Assembly: GCA_965207075.1 (NCBI GenBank)
Contig: CBDBLO010000002.1
Coordinates: forward strand, 800,001-864,000
Reading direction: 5' to 3'
From: Nitrosopumilus sp.
Lineage (GTDB): Archaea > Thermoproteota > Nitrososphaeria > Nitrososphaerales > Nitrosopumilaceae
DNA length: 64,000 bases
A program made the translations under genes and the position numbers. Shown here piece by piece: positions 58,027-64,000 of the stretch. The notes beneath the pieces were generated by a model. It searched no databases and was not told where the DNA came from. It was given only the letters and a program-made list of their open reading frames with translations. How positions within the stretch are numbered: the stretch's first letter is position 1; each line of letters opens with the position of its first letter.

Positions 58027-58800
58027 TTATGGCATGTGCGACTGGCGCCACTCTTCTGCCTCTGACACGCAGGCGATCCACTCGGGGCCGGCCGCCTTGG
58101 ATGCGGTAGTGGCGTTCGGGTCCCCGTCCTGCACAGTGGCAGCGGCACCGCCGGCCCCGAACTTTTCATCGCACTCGGCTATCATGTGCTCTGCAACGCT
58201 GTCCACCTTTTGGATCACGTCGCGGCGGGGCTCCTGAAACTTTTCCCCCGTATCGTCGCGGGTTATGGTGCCCGTCTTTGCCGAGTAAAACTCTACCAAT
58301 CCCAGCAGCTCGTACTCTAGCGCGTCCTGCAAGAGCGCGTCGGACCTGGCCCTTGCAGAGTCGTCCCCGTCACTTATCCACCGGACGTACTCCGAGTCGC
58401 TCTCAAGCTGGGACTGCGACGAAAGCTTTAGCAGCCTTACCGATCCCTCAAAGATCTCAGGCGGTTCCAGCTCGTCGTACCTGAGTATGGTATCCTCAAA
58501 CCTCTCTATGTGGCCGTCGTAAAACTCTAGCAGTCCCTCGCGGTCCAGGTCGCCCTCCTCCCACTTTGTCTTCTCCGAGTAGAACTCTGTCTGTATCTCC
58601 CTTACGTCATCCTGTATGCCCTGTAGTTTTATGCCGAACTCGAGGCCCCTCTGCTTGGTCTGCTCTGCTGAATAGTTGTATGATATGACGGCCCCCACCA
58701 CGGCGGCCGCGACCAGCGCGATGGCTATGTTGCGTATGGTCCTGCCTCTCTTCTCCCTCCTCTCCCTCCTCTCCCTCTTCTTGTCTGCCTTGGATCTCAT
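58027..58800 (-). CDS. Membrane-anchored hypothetical protein
   Basis: Basic N-terminus, single TM, helical ectodomain. Confidence 0.75.
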   Translation of the reverse strand: MRSKADKKRERRERREKRGRTIRNIAIALVAAAVVGAVISYNYSAEQTKQRGLEFGIKLQGIQDDVREIQTEFYSEKTKWEEGDLDREGLLEFYDGHIERFEDTILRYDELEPPEIFEGSVRLLKLSSQSQLESDSEYVRWISDGDDSARARSDALLQDALEYELLGLVEFYSAKTGTITRDDTGEKFQEPRRDVIQKVDSVAEHMIAECDEKFGAGGAAATVQDGDPNATTASKAAGPEWIACVSEAEEWRQSHMP

Positions 58801-59087
58801 AGGTAATCAACATAGTTTCCATTCTCGTCCAGCTTGAGCTCGATCGTGCGCTCGGCACCGCTGATAAAAGACTCGTTGCGGGTGCTTCTCACCCTGCTTA
58901 CCACGAGCTCGTAGGGCCAGATGTCCACCACAATCGAGCCGATCTTCGCGGTCGGGTTCTCTGTAATCTCCATGTCCTCCCTTCTAACGCCGTGTCTCTC
59001 GAGCATGTGTACGGCATGGTCAAGCAAGGGCTTTGGGTTGTTGTAGTCGAGTACCCAGACGGGAGGCTCGTACTTTATGGCATCCAA
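58797..59087 (-). CDS. Hypothetical protein
   Basis: Stop overlaps the start of the next gene. Confidence 0.7.
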   Translation of the reverse strand: MDAIKYEPPVWVLDYNNPKPLLDHAVHMLERHGVRREDMEITENPTAKIGSIVVDIWPYELVVSRVRSTRNESFISGAERTIELKLDENGNYVDYL

Positions 59088-59175
59088 CTGACGTCTACTG
59101 CCTGCCTGCCATGCTATATTTGATACGTACGTACGGCCTGCAATGGAGCCGCGCTTTGCAGCCTGGCGCCTCTCG

Positions 59176-59403
59176 TCAGCTCATGACGTTGAGCGTCATC
59201 GTACTGACCACGTTTGAGAGCGATCTGATTTTTGCCACAACGGACTCAAATGACTCCCGTTCGGGGGCGCGGACCTCTACTATCAGGTCGTACGCCCCGA
59301 ACGTAAGATGGGCGCTCGTAATGTCGTCCATCTGCTGCAGCTCTTTTAGTACGTGTTCTTCTGCACCCAGATCGCAGTTTAACAAGACAAACCCCTTGTG
59401 CAT
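59176..59403 (-). CDS. Lrp/AsnC ligand-binding-domain protein
   Basis: FVLLNC..G.E..V, TFGAYDLIV, KIRSL..V.STMTL. Confidence 0.9.
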   Translation of the reverse strand: MHKGFVLLNCDLGAEEHVLKELQQMDDITSAHLTFGAYDLIVEVRAPERESFESVVAKIRSLSNVVSTMTLNVMS

Positions 59404-59504
59404 AATGTGACATGCATTGCACTGCAAAGTCTTTAAATCTTCGGTGCTGCTGCAGTTTTCGCCGACGGCCACGCCGCCGTCTGGCTGTGGATATCTTGCA
59501 ACGT

Positions 59505-60926
59505 CTACCGTCTGCCGCCGCGCCGGTTTCGGCCACCGCCACTGCCACCGCCACCCTTGCGGTATCCGCCATCCCTTCTCTGGTCGCCGCCTCGGCCGCC
59601 ATAACCGCCGCCTCGGCCGCCATAACCGCCGCCTCCGCGGCCTCGGCCGCCTCTCCGACCGCCGTCCCTGGGATCATACGTGTCCCTTCTTTCGCGGCGG
59701 TGGCCTCCACGATAGCCGCCGCCTCCTCTATTGCCGCCGCTGCCGCTGCCGCTGCCGCCGCCCCCGTACCTTCTTACGGGTATCTCCCTTTTGAGCGGAT
59801 CCGGTATCGAGATCTTGATCCCCATCGACTCGTTGAGGTCCTTTAACGGCACCTTGATCTGGCGCTTTATCAGATTCCATTCGTCAAATGACGAATACGA
59901 GACAAGCGTGATCGCCCTTCCGTGCGCGCCCGCCCTCGCAGTCCTGCCAATCCTGTGAAAGTACGTCATGTCCTGGTTTGGGACGTCATAGTTGATCACA
60001 AGCTCCACCATGGGTACGTCTATGCCCCTTGAGGCCACATCTGTTGCCACCAGTATCTTTGCCTTGTTGCTGCGGAACTTTGCCATCGACTGCTCCCTTC
60101 TTACCTGTGACATGTCGCCCTCTATCACTACTGCGTCCAGCTTCTCCCTGTGCAGGTACCTTCCCACGTCCCTCGTCCTGTATTTGGTGGAGCAGAATAT
60201 GATGCACTGTCCGCGCGTCTCCCCGATGAACTGCATGATGTGCTTGAACTTTTCCTTGTCCCTGATTACCAGAAACGACTGGTCTATGCCCTCGCCGCTC
60301 AAGTCGTCGGCATCAAGCAGGAACTGCTTTGGGTTGTTCAGGTAATCCTCAGACAGCCTCAGTATCTCCGTCGGCATGGTGGCCGAGTACAGCGACATGA
60401 CCCTCTCATCCGGCGCCAGGTCCAGTATGAACTGTATGTCGTCTATGAATCCCATGTCGAGCATGGTGTCGGCCTCGTCCAGAACTATGTGCGTCACGTC
60501 CTTGAGGTCGACTGTGCCGCGCTTTAGGTGGTCTATCAGCCTTCCCGGCGTGGCGACCAGTATCTCCACCCCGAGCTCAAGCGCGTCTATCTGCACCCCG
60601 ATTCCCTGGCCTCCGTATATTGTGGCAACCCTGGTGTCCAGATACTTTGAAAACTTTTTGATCTCGTCGGTGATCTGCATGGCAAGCTCCCTTGTGGGAG
60701 CCATGATCAGCCCCTGGATGGTGCGGTTGGGGCGTATCTCCTGCAGCATCGAGAGCGCAAATGCCGCCGTCTTGCCGGAGCCCGTGTGGGCCTGGCCCAC
60801 CACGTCCCTTCCAGTCAGCAGCACGGGTATGACGGCCTCTTGTATCGGAAACGCATCCTCGAATCCCATCTCGGATATTCCCCTGATTATGTCGTCGCTG
60901 AGGCCCAGTTCGCTAAATTTTGTCAT
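59505..60926 (-). CDS. DEAD-box RNA helicase with RGG-rich tail
   Basis: AHTGSGKT, PTRELA, TPGRL, DEAD, SAT, HRIGRTAR. Confidence 0.96.
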   Translation of the reverse strand: MTKFSELGLSDDIIRGISEMGFEDAFPIQEAVIPVLLTGRDVVGQAHTGSGKTAAFALSMLQEIRPNRTIQGLIMAPTRELAMQITDEIKKFSKYLDTRVATIYGGQGIGVQIDALELGVEILVATPGRLIDHLKRGTVDLKDVTHIVLDEADTMLDMGFIDDIQFILDLAPDERVMSLYSATMPTEILRLSEDYLNNPKQFLLDADDLSGEGIDQSFLVIRDKEKFKHIMQFIGETRGQCIIFCSTKYRTRDVGRYLHREKLDAVVIEGDMSQVRREQSMAKFRSNKAKILVATDVASRGIDVPMVELVINYDVPNQDMTYFHRIGRTARAGAHGRAITLVSYSSFDEWNLIKRQIKVPLKDLNESMGIKISIPDPLKREIPVRRYGGGGSGSGSGGNRGGGGYRGGHRRERRDTYDPRDGGRRGGRGRGGGGYGGRGGGYGGRGGDQRRDGGYRKGGGGSGGGRNRRGGRR

Positions 60927-61064
60927 TTTTTCTTTTCTTCTCTTTTCTTTTTTCTCACAGGCAATGACGAGAAAGCTCACCGCCCACCGTCATTATTCCG
61001 ATTCGCGGACGCGTGGAACGTCTAATAAACGCTTGCCGCTTTCTCCCCTTCCGCCTCTCCCGTC

Positions 61065-62120
61065 TCAGCGCTCGAGCTGGGAGTCTATGACCCTCTTGAA
61101 GACGTCATACGGCTGGGCCCCCTCGACTGATATGTACCCCACGTCGTCGTTTCCGATGAAGAATCCCGGCGTGCCTGTTACGCCGTACGACCTTCCGTCC
61201 TCCAAGTCGCCCCTGATGTCCTCGACGTGCGTGCCCATGACTACGCACTCCTCGAACTCGGCCGCGTCGATTCCCGTATCCGACGCGTACCCGCTGAGCA
61301 GCTCTATGACGTCCTGGGGGCCTGCTCTGCTCCATTCGCCTTGCCTTTCAAACAGGATGTCGTGCATGCCCTTGAAGCCGCCCTGGTCGTCTGCGCACTC
61401 GGCCGCCAATGCCGTGACGGCAGCATTGGGGTGTATGTGCTGGAGCGGGAAGTCCCTGTAGACCAGCTTTACGAGCCCCTTGTCTATGTACTCCTCTTGT
61501 ATGGAGGGCAGGGTCTGGGAGCTGAATCTGGCGCAGAACGGACACTGAAAGTCGGAAAACTCTATGATTGTGATGGGGGCATCCGCGTCTCCTATTGTGG
61601 GATCGTCGTCGGCCGATATTCGTATGGTCGGTGGTTGCTGCTGCTGCTGCTGCTGCTCCTGCAATGCGGCCATCTGCTGCTGCATCATCTTTAGCTCCAG
61701 CTTGGCAAGCGCGTCGTCGAGATCCTCCTGCGTCAGCTGATCCGGCTGATCTTGGTACATGCTAATTGAATACGCGCCTGCAAAGAATGCGGCCACGCCG
61801 ACTGCTATGACCAGTCCGATAACAAGTCCGCTGACTGGCTTTTTTGCAGGGGGCGCGCCGTCTCCGTCGCCAACATTGTCGTCCCCGCCCCCGTCTTCCG
61901 TATCGCCCTGGCCATGCGCTGTCTCTTCCTCTTCCTCTTCTGCCGGTTGCTGGTCTCCGCTTGCTTCTTCCTCGTCTTCGGGTTCATTGTCACGCGTTGC
62001 GGCATCTTCTTTCACCTCTTCCGTGCCGTCCGTCTTGTCACTGACGCTGCCGTCACCTGCGTCGTTTTGTGCGGCATCCGCCTTTGCGGCCGCGTCATCT
62101 GATGATGCGTCGGAACTCAT
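61065..62120 (-). CDS. DsbA-family thioredoxin-domain protein, membrane anchored
   Basis: EFSDFQCPFC, YRDFPL, GVTGTPGF; acidic N-terminal extension. Confidence 0.9.
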   Translation of the reverse strand: MSSDASSDDAAAKADAAQNDAGDGSVSDKTDGTEEVKEDAATRDNEPEDEEEASGDQQPAEEEEEETAHGQGDTEDGGGDDNVGDGDGAPPAKKPVSGLVIGLVIAVGVAAFFAGAYSISMYQDQPDQLTQEDLDDALAKLELKMMQQQMAALQEQQQQQQQPPTIRISADDDPTIGDADAPITIIEFSDFQCPFCARFSSQTLPSIQEEYIDKGLVKLVYRDFPLQHIHPNAAVTALAAECADDQGGFKGMHDILFERQGEWSRAGPQDVIELLSGYASDTGIDAAEFEECVVMGTHVEDIRGDLEDGRSYGVTGTPGFFIGNDDVGYISVEGAQPYDVFKRVIDSQLER

Positions 62121-62278
62121 GCTACGGCTGACACCTCGTGCACAAATAACAGTTGTCACCGGCCGCCACCGCCACACCTCATGCCGGACACCGTACGCTG
62201 TACCTGCCGGCTGCGCAGATCGTATGCCCAAATATCGTGCCTGCGGCTCTTTTAAGCACGTACCGGGATATTGTACAC

Positions 62279-62854
62279 GTGGAGATCTACATTCTCAGGC
62301 ATGGCAAGGCGGAGGAGCGCTCGTCCGGCATCTCAAGTGATGCAAAGCGTAGGCTGACAGAGTCCGGCAGGAACGAGATGGAGCAGGTTGCGTCTGGAAT
62401 CACAGCGCTTGGGATACGTCCCGATCGTATAATATCAAGCCCGCTTGTCAGGGCCCGTGAGACTGCCGAGATCATACGCAGACGCCTGCTGCTTGAACAG
62501 GACTCGGGCCGGGGCCCCGCCCGGATCGGCATATGGCAGGAACTAAAGCCCGAGTCGGACGTGCTGGGTGCACACGGACGGCTGGCCGCAATGGCCCCGG
62601 ATTCGGGCGTGATGCTTGTGGGACACGAGCCGCATCTATCGTCACTGGCATCCTCTATGATAACCCGGCGCCCCGGGCGGACCGCGGCGCGCGATAGGCG
62701 CGCGTACGCGGACGCGCCCGACGCGGCCATAAATCTCAAAAAGGGCGGGCTTGCAATCATACGTGCAAACGCGGATGCGCGGGTGATGAGGGGGTTTCTG
62801 CGAAGCCTGATGACTCCAAAGCAGCTGAGGCTGTGCCGCCGCGCAGCTCGCTGA
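62279..62854 (+). CDS. sixA: Phosphohistidine phosphatase SixA
   Basis: LRHGKA, D.KR.LT..G, SSPLVRARETA, LVGHEP. Confidence 0.9.
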   Translation: MEIYILRHGKAEERSSGISSDAKRRLTESGRNEMEQVASGITALGIRPDRIISSPLVRARETAEIIRRRLLLEQDSGRGPARIGIWQELKPESDVLGAHGRLAAMAPDSGVMLVGHEPHLSSLASSMITRRPGRTAARDRRAYADAPDAAINLKKGGLAIIRANADARVMRGFLRSLMTPKQLRLCRRAAR

Positions 62855-63056
62855 CGCCCCCTCATGCGGCGCAACGCGAGTTATCGGCCGCGGGTCGTTA
62901 TGCCCGCATATTACGCGTTGGCGCACCGGGAATGAGCCGCGATCGTGACACCTGCGATCGAAAAATGCACAAAGCGCGGCGCCGTGGCCGGGCCGCCGCC
63001 GGCATAGTCGCGATTGAACCCAATTGTTATTATTAATGCGGTTTGGCGTTAGCGTG

Positions 63057-64000
63057 ATGATGCCGGAGCTGCACGCCGCAATTGCCTCTGCGCGACGCAT
63101 TGAGACGTCACGGATCCCCGCGGAGGTGGCCCGGGGGGAATCAAACAGGCCCGCCGCGTCCGTGCTTGATCTGGGATCAAACTCTGTAAAACTCTCGCAC
63201 TATACTATGGACGCGCACAACGACTTCAAGCTCTACCACCAGAGATCCGTGCGCCTGCGCCTCTTTGAGGGGCTCAAGGGCGGGGTCATGCAGCCCGAGT
63301 ACGTGGATCGCATGGTCGAGACGCTCAGGCTGTTCCGTGAGGCGATAGACTTTGAGGGAATACGGCACGTGGTTGCGGTGGCGACCAGCGCAGTACGCGA
63401 TGCGAAGAACCGCCGCGACATAATAGATCGCATACGTCAAGAGACCGGCCTTGACTTTAAGATACTGTCAGACAGGGACGAGGCCCTCTATTCGTACACG
63501 GGGGCCGTGCGCATGCTGCACATCCCGTCGGTGCTCTTCTTTGACATTGGCGGGGGAAGCCTAGAGGTCGTCACTGCAAAGAACTACAAGGTAAAAAGCG
63601 CGCACTCTTTCCCACTCGGCTCCCTGCGGCTGACGCAAAAGTTCGCCGAAGATCCCAAGTACGAGGACGTGGACTTTGAAGCCATGAAAAAGTACATCGG
63701 CAAGGCGCTGCCGTCCCTGAAGGACTTGGAGATAAAGGACGGCGAGCTGTATCTGGCGGGCGACGGCGGCAGTACGGGCAGTGACAATGGCACCAGCGAT
63801 GCCGGCGGCGGCAACGACGATGGCAATGATCACAGTGACAAGGGCGGCCGCGACGACGCCGTCGGGACCGGGCCTCCTGCAGTCGTCATGGTGGGGGTCG
63901 GCGGGGTGCTCCGCTCGCTTACCAAATACGTGCAGGATGCCAAGGGCTATCCGCTCTCAAAGACCCACAACTACCAGCTCTCAGTGACCGACCTTGAGGA
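63057..64000 (+). CDS. ppx: Ppx/GppA exopolyphosphatase (runs off the window end)
   Basis: VLDLGSNSVKL, VATSAVRDAKN, FDIGGGSLE, SFPLGSLRL; absent from the ORF track because no stop in the window. Confidence 0.9.
   Translation, partial: MMPELHAAIASARRIETSRIPAEVARGESNRPAASVLDLGSNSVKLSHYTMDAHNDFKLYHQRSVRLRLFEGLKGGVMQPEYVDRMVETLRLFREAIDFEGIRHVVAVATSAVRDAKNRRDIIDRIRQETGLDFKILSDRDEALYSYTGAVRMLHIPSVLFFDIGGGSLEVVTAKNYKVKSAHSFPLGSLRLTQKFAEDPKYEDVDFEAMKKYIGKALPSLKDLEIKDGELYLAGDGGSTGSDNGTSDAGGGNDDGNDHSDKGGRDDAVGTGPPAVVMVGVGGVLRSLTKYVQDAKGYPLSKTHNYQLSVTDLE

Noticed and set aside
59505-59770. 21-bp tandem repeat and GC-rich runs
   Set aside because: They encode the ordinary RGG-rich tail of the DEAD-box helicase.
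1-64000. Complete diversity-generating retroelement
   Set aside because: No reverse transcriptase, accessory gene or separate non-coding template repeat is recognisable in the window; only the mutation pattern is suggestive.

Overview
GC-rich archaeal chromosome segment. Gene content (nadX, rpoE'/spt4, EF-1beta, Pth2, CDC48, blue copper proteins, PEF-CTERM-type protein, BHB-intron tRNA) points to an ammonia-oxidising archaeon (Nitrososphaerota/Nitrosopumilaceae), resembling Cenarchaeum-like sponge symbionts; this placement is inference. Bases 1-13.5 kb form an accessory island ending at the 3' end of tRNA-Ile(GAT). It holds an IS481-like transposase, a decayed IS66-like element and two giant modular surface proteins (DUF285/BspA-like repeats, proprotein-convertase P domains, beta-propeller, PKD/DUF5011 Ig-like domains). 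The rest is mostly core genome, with two low-GC toxin-antitoxin-like islets around trpS. Most notable signals: (i) the surface-protein repeats have a fixed DNA scaffold with tightly localised, mostly NNC-codon variable positions and mosaic segments, suggesting a receptor/adhesin diversification system; (ii) a G12 tract that could phase-switch the second gene; (iii) a tRNA-Leu(TAA) with two BHB introns; (iv) an unassigned RelE/ParE-like TA pair; (v) two small ORFs missed by the ORF track; (vi) an arcadin-1-like protein. All product calls come from motif recognition by eye, with no database searches.
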